DNA from: Podarcis bocagei
Lineage: Eukaryota
Strand: one strand, 5' to 3'
Length of the DNA stretch: 64,000 nt
Assembly (NCBI GenBank): GCA_964188305.1
Contig: OZ076892.1
Part shown: one piece after another, positions 39,635-53,500 of the stretch
Layout: every line of letters begins with the position of its first letter
Numbering within the stretch: the stretch's first letter is position 1
Program-made: the position numbers and the translations under genes
Notes under the pieces: generated by a model
Seen by the model: only the letters and a program-made list of their open reading frames with translations
Database searches by the model: none
Told to the model about the DNA's origin: nothing

Positions 39635-40252
39635 TTCAGTGCACAACTACTGTCTACAGATTACAGGGCTCTGGATGGGGAGAGTTGAGTGGGTGTTGCA
39701 CAGCAAGCTGGAGAATGGAGATGGGTACTGGCTTTTGGGATATTGTCATCTGCAGACACCCCGGAGCCTGTTTTAATTAATTGTGTACATTGTGTGTGTC
39801 GTTCATGGTGCAGGACAGCATAGTCACACTCCAGTTTGAAGATATTAGCACATTTTATTTTTTAAAAAGTTTAACAGTGTGCTGTTGGCTTGTGCTGAAG
39901 CAGTGCATGTTCTGCTTTGGACTGGTTTGGATGCCCATATGGCTTGCAATGTAGAAGAGGGGTCATGTTTACCCTAGATCCCATTGTGTTGCCCTGCACG
40001 CCCCTCCTCCCCTCACCCCCACCTTGTGACCCCATAAATATGAATTCGAAACCATCCTGGTGAAGGTCACAAGGGCAACGAACGAATAATGGCTCGAGGA
40101 CGTGACTGGTGATGGGGCTCTGGTGTTTCCACCGGCCGCAAAATATGCCAGGGCCGAAGAAGAGAGAGGAGGAAACTGGAACCAAAGCAGTGGCAAACAA
40201 CCAAGGATGCCCAGACAGAAACAGCATCACAGCACGTAAAAGGAAAGATGTA

Positions 40253-40511
40253 CTGTATTTTTTGCTCTATAAGACTCACTTTTTCCCTCCTAAAAAGTAA
40301 GGGGAAATGTGTGTGGGTCTTATGGGGCGAATGCAGGCTGCGCAGCTATCCCAGAAGCCAGAACAGCAAGAGGGATCACTGCTTTCACTGCACAGAGATC
40401 CCTCTTGTTGTTCTGGCTTCTGAGATTCAGAATATTTTTTTTCTTGTTTTCCTCCTTCAAAAACGAGGTGCGTCTTGTGGTCTGGTGCGTCTTATAGAGC
40501 GAAAAATACGG
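40253..40511. mobile_element. Tc1/mariner-superfamily (pogo/Tc2-like) MITE
   Basis: TIR ctgtattttttgctctataagactcac/gtgcgtcttatagagcgaaaaatacgg flanked by TA; internal hairpin agaagccagaacagcaagagggatc...gatccctcttgttgttctggcttct. Confidence 0.85.
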
Positions 40512-43094
40512 TACTTCTCCTGAGACATGCAGACACGCTGGAACTGATACAAAAGCAGAGGAATTCATCCATGTTGCAAAGCATACAATGGGAAGGTATA
40601 AAACCACTGGCCAAAGAGGGTGGGGGCTGCGTTCTAACCACTCCCAAATAGGGAATAATGTTTCTGCCCTGCTGGCTTTTTATATTTTTCTTAAGATGGA
40701 TCTGGCAAATAGCTGCTTATTTTTGATAACTGAAAATGATTTGGGAGAGGCATCAGTTCCCGTCTTTTGCCTCGCTGATCAAACAGGTTTGGTAGGTTTT
40801 TGAAACAATACGAAAACCTGCCAAACCTGTTCGGCACTGGTGAAAATTCACATGACCACCAGCAGTAGCTCTTTTGAGGTGTCTCCAGCTATCTAGGAAA
40901 TCACGCAAGAGACAATTGTCAGTCTCCAGATTTAGTGAACCAAGCAAGGGGAAGAATAAAGCAGAGCAAAACTTCATGCACTTCAGGGCTGAGTTGCATG
41001 ATTTACATTTAAGAGTGCTTGAGATTTAAACGATGCTTGCTGGATAAGGCTGTGGAAACTGCCTTACTAGATCAGACAAAGGTCCATTAGATTCCAGATT
41101 CCATCCAGATTCCAGTGTTTGGCCATTGTTGGAAGCAAGATGCAGAGCTGGATGGGGTGTGCTCTGATGCAGCAGAGCTCTGTGTGCTTTCTTATGGTAG
41201 AGTCAGGTGCAGAGTACTTGGAAAGCCTTACGAGGTGCCACAAAACCTTTTCCCTTCGTTCATTAGGCACTGCAGGAATTCTTGGTGTGGGAAAAGCATA
41301 GCACTGAGCTTCATCACAGATGTAAATCCCCCATCCAGCAGGGCCCACCTTTTAAAACTGGATCTCCACACATCCAAAGAAACATTCACATGCACTCCCA
41401 AGTTGTTCTGTGGCAGGCTAAATGGCGCTCTTAGTGTCACGCATGCACACAATCATGTGGCTGTGTGCAGACTTTGTCCAAGCATGTCCGTAAGAATGGT
41501 TGAAGTATACGTAGGTTTCCTGTGAACTGTGACAGATTCTGTCAATTGTCTACAAATCTGCATTTACATATTCAGAGGTATCTTGCTTAGGAGCGCTCTC
41601 CGACGGTCTGGCCATGGAAGAGAGAACACAGCTCGTGCTAAGGCCATCAGGAAGCAAGACGAGAGGAGAAGAAACTGCCCCATCCTTGGACCCCATCATC
41701 CCCAAGCATCCTTAAGGTAAGAAAGGAGGTTAATCCATATACTTTCTTCCTACTCCCTTCTCTCTCTTCGCTTGCTGCCAAACTGCTGGACCTGAATAAA
41801 CAGGGACGGGGCAACCGAAGAACGGCGCAGCCCACCATCCCCAGTCGGGAATTGCTGAACCTGTGAAAATCTGCTTCAGAAATCCGGTTAGTGGAATCCA
41901 GTTACATTCCAACTGCATCAGGAGACTGGAAGGGCTGGTCTGGGGGAGGGGGGAGCTGAGGCAAGAGGTTTCCATGTTCTGGGAAGGGTGGGGAGAAAGG
42001 AGGAGTAGTCAAAGCACAGATACAGGTATATAAATCTGGCGTTTCTGAACTCTTGTATGATCAAAAGTTGGGGGTATTTTGGTAAGCCAAATATTGGGGG
42101 TATTTTGGCAAGCCAGCTCAGCGGAAATAGTCCTGGAATATTAACCCCCCCCCCAATGGTTTTCTATCTGTCAAGTTTTTTACATACCTTTTCATTCTCA
42201 CAGTCCTTGGGATTCCAAAAATCTGTGTTTGGGTATGTATTTATTAAGCCAACCAAAATGTCATAAAACACAATACAAGTTTTTTTTCCAGGTTTTCCAA
42301 GTTCTAATCAAGCTATACGGCAAACAAAGAAAAGAGGGCAGGGGGCAGTAACTTGGCTGACAATTAAGTTTTTCCACCAACACCCTGGATTTGTTTATCA
42401 TTTAGCATGATGAAGAGTTCTAGATAACTCTAAACCTCACACACAATTTGCTCAAGTACAGACTCTTCTTCTGGGTCAACATGGCTAAATTTTTGGGATG
42501 CCTAGATTTTGCCCCTTTGGCAACCAATAATACGCTGGGATAATTTAGGTACAGAAATTAGACATTCGGCCACAGAACTGTTCACTCTCTTATGGCAAAC
42601 GAGGACTTTGCATGGCTGTCTTTGCCTTCCATCAGCGACAGGGGTTGTGATCCTCTACATCAGAAGAGACGTGGTCCACTGGTTTGTCTCATTTGGGGGA
42701 GACTTGGGGAAAGAGTCTCTCTCTTTCTTAAGGGGGAAGGGGGGTGTTGTGAGTGGGTGGCTGGTTATTTTGCTGGCTCGTTTTAAACAAAAGCTGTCTG
42801 GATCAAAGAAGAAACTTGAAAAAGATTTTTTTAAAAAGAAGAAGTAGAAAGCTGGCCAAAGAAAAACGCAAGGATGTACGCAAATGAACAAGAAAGATGT
42901 ACAACAGCGAACACAACAGGAAAGAAAAGACAGAAGGAAGAAGAATGGGAGAGAAAATGGGAAGAAAGAAACGCGTTTGCACCAGGTCCAATCTTGCAAG
43001 CATTGCTCTATTTCCTTTCTTACCAAACCCCTGAGGCTTTCAAAGCTATTTTTTTTTCCTGCATGGGAATCTTCTATCAGGGGCAGCAGGATGG

Positions 43095-43285
43095 GGGCTA
43101 ATTATGAAATAAAACTAATTAATCACTGCAAACCACAAGGCTGGCCCAGCGGGGCACTAAAGAGATGGCTTTTCTTCCCCTCCTCGGGGCACAGAAATTA
43201 TTTGCTGCCGATGAATTATTTAATGATGCGGTGTTCATTATGTATTATTGATCAGGAAGGATGGTTATTGTCGCCGAGATAGCCC
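43095..43285. promoter_or_regulatory. Candidate enhancer rich in homeodomain/POU motifs
   Basis: CTAATTATGAAAT 43098, CTAATTAA 43115, AACCACA 43131, ATGAATTATTTAAT 43211, TATTGATC 43246. Confidence 0.4.
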
Positions 43286-44609
43286 AAGCTCTTACCTAGC
43301 CTCCGATTCACTGTCACGGATGAGGACCTGATCTTGTAAGCTCTTATTCCTCCCACTACATCTCCATTGTTTGGGGGAGACACACACACCCCTAAAATAA
43401 ATCTGCGGTTAGCATCTGGTTTATCAGCCCACGCGGCAAACACTTCGGTCTTATTCTCACCCGATGGGGCTCAGGGTTGATCTTTACACAAAGCTGCTGC
43501 ACCCATTCCAACTGCCTTTTTCATGGCCTTATCTTTACTTATTTTAAACATTTATATGCTGTTTTTCAGAGGCTCAAGACGGCTGACACCGAGACAAAAC
43601 CTGGGATATAATTCCTTCTGGGGTGTGATGTTTTTTGGGTTGGCACTGTTACCAGCAGCTTCAAAGAAAACACAATATTTGAGTGCAAGCACACAGTTAA
43701 TTTTATGCCATGCTTTTCCTGTCCCACAAACTCGCATGGGTTCTGCTATCTTTGAAAAGCTCCCCTCTTTCAAAAGCCTTCCCCTAAGGGGAACTCTCTT
43801 ATACCAAGGGTGGGCTTGCCACCACCACTCCACATCAGTTTTCCTTCTTTATTATTGCTATTTAGTTACTGCATTTATATCCCATCCTTTTCTCCCGGGA
43901 GCTCAAATCAAGAGATTGGCTGATTTTGGCCAAGGTGCTGCTTTCAGGGGCCACAAATTGGCTGGGGAATGAAGCAAGTTGCTATTATTTTAAATCACTA
44001 GGTTTATTTCTGTTCAAGGCAAGAGGAGGAAAGGTTGCCTATTCCTACAGACCAGCGGTAGCCAACATGGTGCCCTCCAGAAGATATTGGATTCCAACTC
44101 CCATCGGCCCCGGCAGCTTGAAACCAACAGCATTTCAGGCAGTCCAGCAAAAACTGGCCAGTACGTCATCAGTGAACCATGCTTTGCCTTCTTCACTAAC
44201 CCAGAGCATCACAGTCCCAGAGGGCATAAGCAGCATGTAAAAGATGTCCTTCATTTCAGACACCACCAGGGCGCAAGAGCATCCCATTATTAAATATTTG
44301 GCAGCACTGCTCAACAGTGTAGTATACCCATGGAAATAAAATGCAGGAGCAATAATACTGGGCATTACTGCAATACACGTGAAAGGGGTGTGTGCACTTG
44401 TTCATTTCACCAGTGTGCCTTTCGATTCTCACGCACACCCCACAACGGCCAGGATTTCCCAGCAATTTTGACATGCTGAAAACCAAAAGGCTGGGGAGAA
44501 TTTGAGATCCCCCCACGTCTTGAACTCCATGTCTTTGTCAGGTTGCCAACTTTCCCACTGGCTTTTCTTCTTGCCATTAAAACAGCAGCCTCACACAGAG
44601 AAATTAAGC

Positions 44610-44955
44610 AAGACAGATTCATGACAGAGAAAAGATAGTAGTTCTTTTCACAGGGCATAATTAACTTACGGAATTGACTACCACAAGATATGGTGATCAC
44701 CACTAATTCAACCGGCTTTTAAAAGGGGATCAGACAAATTCATGGAGGGCAGGTCTATCAGTGGCCATTAGTTTCGATTGCTAAGTGCAAACTTGATGTT
44801 TTCAGGCAGAATACTTCTGAACTGCCAGGTGCTGAGGACAAATAGATGACAGGGCGCTGTTGCCTTCCTGCCTTGCTTCTGAGCTTCCCAGATGCATCCG
44901 ATGGGGAACAGAATGCTGGACTGCATGGAACTTATCTGGAAGAGCTGCTCTCATG
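44610..44955 (+). mobile_element. CR1 LINE 3' end (degenerate ORF2 C-terminus)
   Basis: Encodes RFMTEKR*.FFSQGIINLRN*LPQDMVITTN..GF..DKFMEGRSISGH*, the CR1 terminal motif. Confidence 0.8.
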
Positions 44956-45069
44956 TTCAGTGGCGCCATCGGGAAAGGATTTTGGGGTGGAAGTTGAGGG
45001 ATTCCAGCCACAGAATGAGCAAGAGGCTCGCCCAAACACAGCAAGGCAGCTGACGTACCACATTTTTGA

Positions 45070-45590
45070 ATGAAGGGTAGAAGTTTCCGGCCAGACAAAA
45101 GGAAGTCATTTTTGTTCTTCTTCACACAGCACTATACTGAAAACTACAAAATCCGCAAGATGCAGAAATGACTGCCAACCTGCACAATTTTTTTAAGGGG
45201 GGGTGGACAAATTCATGGACAGGAAAGCTAACAGCAGCTACCACTCATGATGGCTATATTACCACCAGTATTAAAGGCAGTGTATCTCTGTATACCAATT
45301 GCTAAGGATCCGGTGTGGAGATTATTGTGCTCACATCCCACTTGCAGGTTTTCCATGGGCATCTTGTTGGCCACCATGTGAAGCAGGACGTTGGACTTAG
45401 ACCAAGCATAGGCAAACTCGGCCCTCCAGATGTTCTGGGACCACAACTCCCATCATCCCTGACCACTGGTCCTGTTAGATAGGGATGATGGGAGTTGTAG
45501 TCCCAGAACATCTGGAGGGCCGAGTTTGCCAATGCCTGACTTAGACAGAGCTTTGTCCTGATCCAGCAGGTCTCTTCTTTATGTTCTTGC
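45070..45590 (+). mobile_element. Second CR1 3' end, interrupted by the 136-bp MITE
   Basis: cagacaaaaggaag..ttcttcacacagc...ggacaaattcatgga...cctgatccagcaggtctcttctttatgttctt. Confidence 0.8.
45403..45538. mobile_element. 136-bp hAT-type MITE inserted in a CR1 3' tail
   Basis: Same family as 20719; TSD acttagac at 45395-45402 and 45539-45546. Confidence 0.92.
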
Positions 45591-47782
45591 ACATTACCAA
45601 ATAAAAAAAGGGAGGGTATTAGAGGCTAACATTATCTAACTGTGCCACTGGTAGGTGAAGCTTTCCCCCTCGCTATATCAACATGCCAGGAGAAAATTTC
45701 AACTGCTTAAAGCACAGGAGCAGGGCCGGTTAAAAAGCTGGCAACCCTTACACCTCTGAGGCATGCAGAGCCTCTGAATACATACTAGAGCTGGGCATTC
45801 TGCAAGCAGGTTTGCAGGCACTCAGGTGGACTTCCATAACAAAAGACAGCCAAGTGGCTAGCTGTCCATTGCATTCTGCCTTCATTTGCAAGGGTTCCCT
45901 TCGCATTCCAGCCTGGCAGGGGCTCCACTAGTGTGCCAAACAGAGGAAATACACCCTGAGAGTGATGTGCATAGATTGTGAATCCATCTCCACTGTGTGT
46001 TTTTGTCCAGGGGAACCTAATTCTGCAGAGGACATGCCATGCTGAAGTTATGAAAGCCCTACACATCAATTGTCGCGGACAGGGAAACAAGCAATTATAT
46101 CAGGAAAATGTATGTGACAATGTGCTTTCGCCCCTGGTGAAAGTGGAATTACTCGCGACAAACTTAAGGAATGGACTTTTACCATTGATGGCGTTAGGCA
46201 ACTACTTTCCCAATCTGCTGCTTCTGTTTTCTTCCCCTTTATTTGCTTGCTAAAAATCAAAAACCTCCCAGGGCCCTTGGCAGCTGCTGGCTCAATATGG
46301 CCTCAACCTTCCCCAGCATCAGAGAAATAAAATGGGGAAGGGGCAAGTCTGGGCCCCAGTTGCTAACCAAAGGCAAAAGAGGGGTGGGGAAGGAAGACTG
46401 GCTTCCAACCGGTGGTCTTCTGTTCTCAAATTAGCCCTCCAGCAAACTTTGCTACTGTCCGCATTAGATCAGTGATAATGCAATGATTTTAAAAACCCTG
46501 GATTTCCCTGGAAGCTTAGCAGGGGGTTCCTCAATGAAAAGATCAGAACTTGTGGGCAACAGTGCACTGGAAGTGGCTAGCCTGCCCCACCAGAACTTCC
46601 CCTACAATCCACCGTTGCAAGGGAGTGCTGATGTGCTCTCAGTTGATATGGGGCAATGGTAAGACCCAGTCGTGGAATATGTGTTCATCCTAGAACCACT
46701 GGTGGTCGGAGCCAGCCATCAGGGGTGGGAGGAAACTCATTCTAACTGTGTCTCCATCCATTTGCCGGCTGAGTTCTGCAATGGCAACATGGAGTTTACT
46801 GTGGAAGAAGCTGGCAGGCATCCTCTGGACTCATAAAGTAGGAAGGAAGAAAAGTGGGGGGTGGCTGAGGGCAGACTGAGATTGGTGAGGTTTCATTGCC
46901 AAAAACATTTACTAGGATCTTCCTCAGCAGGTAGCGAGTCCATGGCCAAAATTCTCCTGGGTTATCTCTGAAGATGGAGAACTTCCACAGCTATTTCCTT
47001 CCCTGGCAGGGCTTTGACTAGCCCTCGGTGGTGCAAGGAACAATAGTTTTGTCCCCTTGGTGGCATGTCCCCATGTCATTTCCAAAGAGAGAAGGAGAAA
47101 GGGGCTCCCTTTTTATTATTATGTATTAAATTTGTATACTGCCCTTCATCTGAAAATCCCAGGGCAGTTCACGAGAGAGTTAAGAGTCCCATCCTATGTG
47201 GACAGAGGTTCTTTGCTTTTCATAGCGGAGACCTGATAACGCTATCAAAGGGGGTATACCGAAAGATCAATATTACTATTTATCATTTCTACATTGCCTC
47301 TTAGCATTTTATTGCTCATGGCGCTCCTTAATTCTGAAATAATTATTCCAGACTGGCCATCAACCCCCTCTGATTCAATCTTCACGATATCCAGCATAGT
47401 TCACAATTGTCACTCAGTGCATAAGCATCCGCTGAGAAGGTGAAGGAAAGATCCATGTTTTAACAAGCTTGGCAGTGTGTACAAAAGCATAATTTAAAGT
47501 GCATTATGGTGTGTCTTATTAAAGTCCTTTCTCCTCCTAGGCAGAATCTGATGCAAAGGCTGAGTTTTTCCAAGTCCCTTACTCAATTTCCAGGGAATAC
47601 AGAGCAGCCACCGCAGTTGAGATCAGCCACTAACTAAGCAACCGGTTTTGGAGGAGAGAAATGTGAACACACCCTTAGATACTTAATGATCTCCTGGCTA
47701 CACAGCCAACTTTATTTTCAAAATGTGTTCTGGGCAGCACTGAGTTCCTCAGAAGCTTCTGATGGGTTCGTTGGTGAGATTA

Positions 47783-48024
47783 CAGTGGTACCTCGGGTTA
47801 AGAACTTAATTCGTTCCGGAGGTCCGTTCTTAACCTGAAACTGTTCTTAACCTGAAGCACCACTTTAGGTAATGGGGCCTCCCGCTGCCGCCGCGCCGCC
47901 GGAGCACGATTTCTGTTCTCATCCTGAAGCAAAGTTCTTAACCCAAGGTACTATTTCTGGGTTAGCAGAGTCTGTAACCTGAAGCGTATCTAACCTGAAG
48001 TGTATGTAACCCGAGATACCACTG
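47783..48024. mobile_element. Tc1/mariner-superfamily (Tigger/pogo-like) MITE
   Basis: TIR cagtggtacctcgggtta/taacccgagataccactg, TA TSDs at 47781-47782 and 48025-48026, internal taacctgaa repeats. Confidence 0.9.
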
Positions 48025-48061
48025 TATATCCTATACAGCACCCTTGCAAAACAGCACTGTT

Positions 48062-48212
48062 AAGACCTGGGTTTAGATCTTCACTCAGCCACAAAACTCA
48101 GTGGATGGCCCCGAGCTAGTCAATGTCTCTCAGACTAACCTACCTCTTAGGGTTGTTGTGCATTCTGCACTCTCTGGATGGAGGACACTATGAATTTCTA
48201 ATAAATAAATAA
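48062..48212 (+). mobile_element. Second, more diverged copy of the MIR-like SINE
   Basis: tctctcagactaacctacctcttagggttgttgtg and taaataaataa tail. Confidence 0.55.
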
Positions 48213-48399
48213 ATTCCAGTACCAATACAAATCTTATTTTGGACAACAACAAAAAGGAGAAATCCAGACGTATGGCTCAAAAACGTTTTCGGTGTTTGTT
48301 TGTTTTTATCTTGCCAAAGAAAAGCTCAACAACTTTTCTGTCCTGACTCTCACTGCCTGAAATATGGCAACCCTACATTTACACTTTAAATTCATTTTG

Positions 48400-48850
48400 T
48401 ACATCTATAACAGCTTTAGCATTCGGTGAAGACCATAAATGAAAACTTTGCTGTATCAGGTATTAGGCTTCTCAGTTTCTCATTTTTCCATTTTAAGTTT
48501 GCCACATTTCCATAACAATCTGCATTTTTAAAAAGTAAAAAAGTAAAATAAAACCATCACAAAAATGCATCAGCATTTTTGTGTGCATTCATCCCAATAT
48601 ACAATTTTTTGTAATCAATTTTGCACGATATAATGCACTTTTGTGAGTTGTTTTCACCAATAAATTCATTTTCACGCACACTTTTCCATAACACGTACGT
48701 TTTTTCACACATTGTTTTGTTTTAGAGAACTGCATTGCTAAATTCAGAGAATACAAATTTTGAGGACGTAGCTATTCCCGTATTGTTTCGGGAAGGGCGA
48801 ATTAGATAGGTTCCCATTAGAATGGGAACTGAATTTCTTCCCTATCCCTG
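48400..48850. mobile_element. AT-rich non-autonomous DNA-transposon-like repeat
   Basis: Internal atgcattttt/atatacaattttt-type subrepeats, ending ttccctatccctg; family not identified. Confidence 0.4.
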
Positions 48851-50526
48851 ACGGTGACAGACAGATAATACAGGAGCAATGAGCCCTGGTCTGAGAGGCA
48901 AATGTCTAGGTTAGTTCCTTTTCTCTGCTACAAGCTTCTTGAGTGACCTTGGGCAAGTCCCTTGGGACGCAACGCGGCAGGTGAATGTACAGCGTGGTTT
49001 TTTTTATAAATACGATAGCCAAGAGGTGTCAATTACATGCATTAATCAATCTCTGCATGTGGCAAGGTGTTTAAACGCTGTGTTTTGTTTCGCCAGCCCC
49101 TTCACAAAGAGCTGGGTGGGCTTCAGCTGACTTAGCTGACATGCTTAAAACATAACTCACCGGCCAACAAACCATATTTGAGACCTGCCTATCGGAGCCA
49201 CTCCCTTTCTATAGACCTTCAAGAAGGCGATTATACATTCAGGGCCAGCCACATACATCTTCGCACCTGAAGCGCAAACCCAATACACTCTTGGCGAGGG
49301 GTGGGACTCCACTTTAAACACAGTGAGTGAAATTACGTAGTGTTGCATCCTTTGCTCTGCAGCTCTGGCAACACATACATCAACTAATCGCTTGGGTAAG
49401 GCACAGGGACTCTCCTCTTTATTTATTTAAATACTGCTTGTTACGCATACCTCTCCAGGCAGCGTGCAATAATATATAAAAAACACAACGCAAGCACCAA
49501 ATATACAATATAGTTGAAACTGGAATACAGTACAATTAAGGAGCGACAAAATACCAAAAAAACTACAGTGTTTCTATTGCAAGCACTAAGAAGTAGTGTG
49601 AGCCTTTTCCCAATGTGAAATGATAGTGTGGTGATGGTGTGCTCGTGGTCACTGGTTGTGGCAATCAGGACGTCCCAATTTTCCTAGAAGGTGTGCCTAT
49701 TTTCATATATGAGCCGTATGTTCAAGTGATTGTGGCGGTGTAAAAGGTTGTCTGACTGTAAGCACCCTGCGCATGGAGAGAGAGAGAAAGGACTTAAAAG
49801 AGCTGCCAGTTTTTCAGCCAAGCATGACCCAACAGGCACTTACGAAAACTATGAAAGTGCTGTTTCTTCCTTCTCTACCCCAAAAAAGGCACCATATTGC
49901 ACACTTTTCAGGTGAGGTTACCACACTCCTTCCTCTGCCTGCAGCAACCCAGGTACACTAAGTTTACTCTTGTGGTGCGATACCTTAATTAGGGTCCGTT
50001 TAATTCCACAGCCTCCCTACTTTTAGCTCTTTGCAGGCTTCTAGTATATTTTCAAATCCCTCACAACTACAGACTTGGCTACCTTACCTAACAGCTATAC
50101 AACAGGCAGCAATTCCAAGAGACGTGCTTTTTTTCTGACCTAAAAAAGCAGAGAGGGCCTGTCCCTATAGAACTTCTGTATAGAAGCCATTAAAAAATAG
50201 CCTCTATTAAGGGTAAAAAAAAGTGGCTATGGTACCTTAAGTATAGCCATTGACTTGCAATAAAGGAACAGCCCTCATGTTTCTGATCTGCAAGGTATTT
50301 CAAAAGAAGTGCAGGCGTGGAAAGACTTTGGACTTGTGGGGTCTATTGGTTTTTTTACTAGCACCCCATGTGGTCCACCTTGGAACCCAGTGGGGCAAAA
50401 TGGTGGCTAAGGGGGATGATGCCAGATGCAAAATGGTGGTCAGGAAGACAGACAATTGCCTACTACTGCACCCCACAAGCCATACACTGCATCAGTTATT
50501 ACAGGTCACGGATATACTAACAGCCT

Positions 50527-50529
<3 letters not shown>

Positions 50530-50563
<34 letters not shown>
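50530..50563 (+). repeat. (GT)n microsatellite
   Basis: Seen directly. Confidence 0.95.
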
Positions 50564-50564
<1 letters not shown>

Positions 50565-53500
50565 GAGCAATTAGAAGTCCGAAACTGTTTCCAATCTTCT
50601 GCAAACGACCCAGAGATCTACTGACAGATCTCAATCTACTTTCTGACCACCACCCCAAATCAAAATATATACCCACAACAGAAAGGCTATAGTGAAAATA
50701 CGAGCAGAAGACCCTTGTCTACAATGTACAGAATCACTAATACTTTTCCATAGACTTAAATATCCCCATCTACCAGAGGCTCTGGCCTTCTTGTAAACGC
50801 TAGGTTGCCGCTGCGAACCCTTTTCCCTATTGTACTCCTTACTATTGTCTATATTCCTCTGCCAATAACCAATTTCCTTCCTGCCCCAGTCACATTCCAA
50901 TTGCTGGGATCTTAATCTGCAAATCCATTTAGGGTTGGGTTTTTTTTTTACTTTTTCCTTGAACACTGCCTCGTTCACGTTCTTCTCTGCTTTGCCTTTG
51001 CTCTTCCAGAGCGGTAGTTTTCAGAAATAAAGGACACCCATTATGACCAAAGAAGCAGTAATGTTCCAGAATAAGGAACAATCATTTAACGTAAGTAGTG
51101 CCCCTTCAAATAAGGGGCAAACAGGGGAGCAACCCCAGATTGTGGTGGCCCTGTTGTGCCTGTACAAAAGAGCACACCCCTTTACTGCAAATTAGCTAAC
51201 TTGGAATAACTACCACCCCTGGTTCCACATTCAAAGTCTCTAGCACAGGTTTACCATCCCCAATACGCACTCCTAAAGAGGCACAGGGAAAGGTGGGAAT
51301 TACAATTTCGGAGACTTGACTCCAAGCACCAAATGAGACTAAAGTGTACCAGCAGATAATGCTGTGTATTTGCCCATGGTACACACACACACGACCAGCA
51401 CGGACACCACCCGTTTACAGTTTTGTCTGAGGAGAAGAGAACAAATGGAAGTTAGGAAAGCATCAATTGATCAACGTTATTATTATGAACTTTAATTAGA
51501 AAGGTCTCCTCTGAAATTAGTGCACCCTCAAACCCACTCAAATCCCAGTAAAAATTAAAAAAACAAACAATCAAGGGTGATTAAAAAGTGGGGAAATAAG
51601 ATTTTTTTTTTATCCTCTCACACTGTATAGTTATGGGCAAAGTAGAATTCCAATCCACCACAGTGACTTCAAGCACACAGCAGAACTGTGATGGCTGGGT
51701 TAATTACCACAGAATACAATGGTTTGTACAAGCATGCAAGGATACTGTTTTCAACCACACAGACACACCCCCGTAAGAATCAGAGAAAACCAAAAAGCAA
51801 CACAAAACTGCATCTTCTCACAAATCATTCAGAATACAAGCCTCCGTTCAAAAGGAATTATTTCTGCTTTAAATGTTAGAAATATCAGGTGCAAGATTGC
51901 AATCAGTTCTAGCTTATTTTTTGCTGTTTGTTCTTTTGAAAAGATAAGAAGAAAAAAGAAATTTAGAGGCAGAAAGTGGGGGAGAGGCAAATCCCGAAAC
52001 AAAACAGCCAGTTACTTTTTTTAAAAAAAAAAGGTACACAAACATGAAATTTATGATTTGCAATTATTTTGTGGGGGTGGTGGAAACAAACATAAAATAT
52101 TTTGCAACACACAAAATTCAACAAGGGTAAAAGGTGGGATTATTTCACTTCATAACAAATAAAAACATGTTGCAATATCCCAAGACGGCATCCGGGGCAT
52201 TTTTTTCCTACACTATGCAGAATAAAATACCTATCAGCATTTACCTATTTCAGAGGCAGAAGGAAATTGTTTCGGTTTCAAAACCTACAGATGTACTGGC
52301 ATCAATCTGGAGCGAGGGTCTTTACTCCATATTTAAAACAGGGAGTTGGGGAGGGGGCAGCATGTAGATTAGATTTTACACTGGGCTATAATTCACTGCT
52401 ACTCACCCAATGATCTACATGATCAAATCTGGAAGGTAACATTTAATCCCAACTCTTTACAAAGACTACTGATCTAGCTAGATATACACTCAAAGGCCAC
52501 CGAATGAAGCAAAACATGTTTCTTAGACTGATCCACAAAACCAATTAATTTGAAGTACTTAGATTTAAAGCGAGCTGGTCCTATTAACTACAATGCAACT
52601 AAACTGGCGATGCCCCCGATTTAGCGAGCTTGCTTTATGTGGCTAAGTTTAAAATGGGTCTTCTAAGGTACTTTTATTCCAACTTGTCAACAAGGTCGTC
52701 AGGAACACAGCCAAGTCACTGGATCAAAATGCATGACCCATTTTTATGTTTAGCCAGGGCTGTGGTTGGAATATGAATGGGGCATGTCATCGCAAACCTT
52801 CCGAAAGTGTTTTGCACAACGTTCTGCCCGGATGTGGCCGGGCCCACAGAGGAGGCTTCGCACAACCCCCATACGTTACGTGCAAACTGCAGTCTAGGAA
52901 GGGGTAAGAATTTGCCTTCGTTGAAAGCAAGGTGTCAATTGTATAGCTGTTAGGCTTCGGGATTGTAAAAAACTGTCTCACTTCTGGTCCAATATGCTTC
53001 CCAAAGCCTAAATTGTCGACAAAAAGGGCGAGAGGGAAAGTGTTTTACAGACCCGAATTCACCGTAGTTTTCAGCGTAGGGCCACTGTCGAATAGAACTC
53101 ACGCCGTGGCGGCACAATTATTTTTCTCAACATAGCGTACAACAATCCCGTCTGCTTCCTGCGCTGGGTTCCATTAATGTTCATCATTGTTCAGAACATG
53201 GAGGCTCTTTCCTTCCTGCGCGGTGAGGTGGCAGTGGCTGTCTTCACAGCTGTGGGGAAATTTAACATACTGGTTGCCAGCCTAGCATGAGGAGCCGAAT
53301 GACTCCATTCTCTCTAAAGTAGCAGGCTGAGGGGTAGACCGGGTGGGATTATTGGGACAGCGGGGGGTGATATCTGCCTCTTCACACATCCAAACAAAGA
53401 CAAATGCAATGTCCAAAAGGTATGGACCCTCTGAATTTACTTAAAACATGTCAAAAGTCTAACAAGACCTCCACGCATCTAAATTTCACCACGGTCGCCC

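Noticed and set aside
52750-53330. CpG-containing, coding-looking stretch
   Set aside because: No sustained ORF or recognisable domain on either strand.
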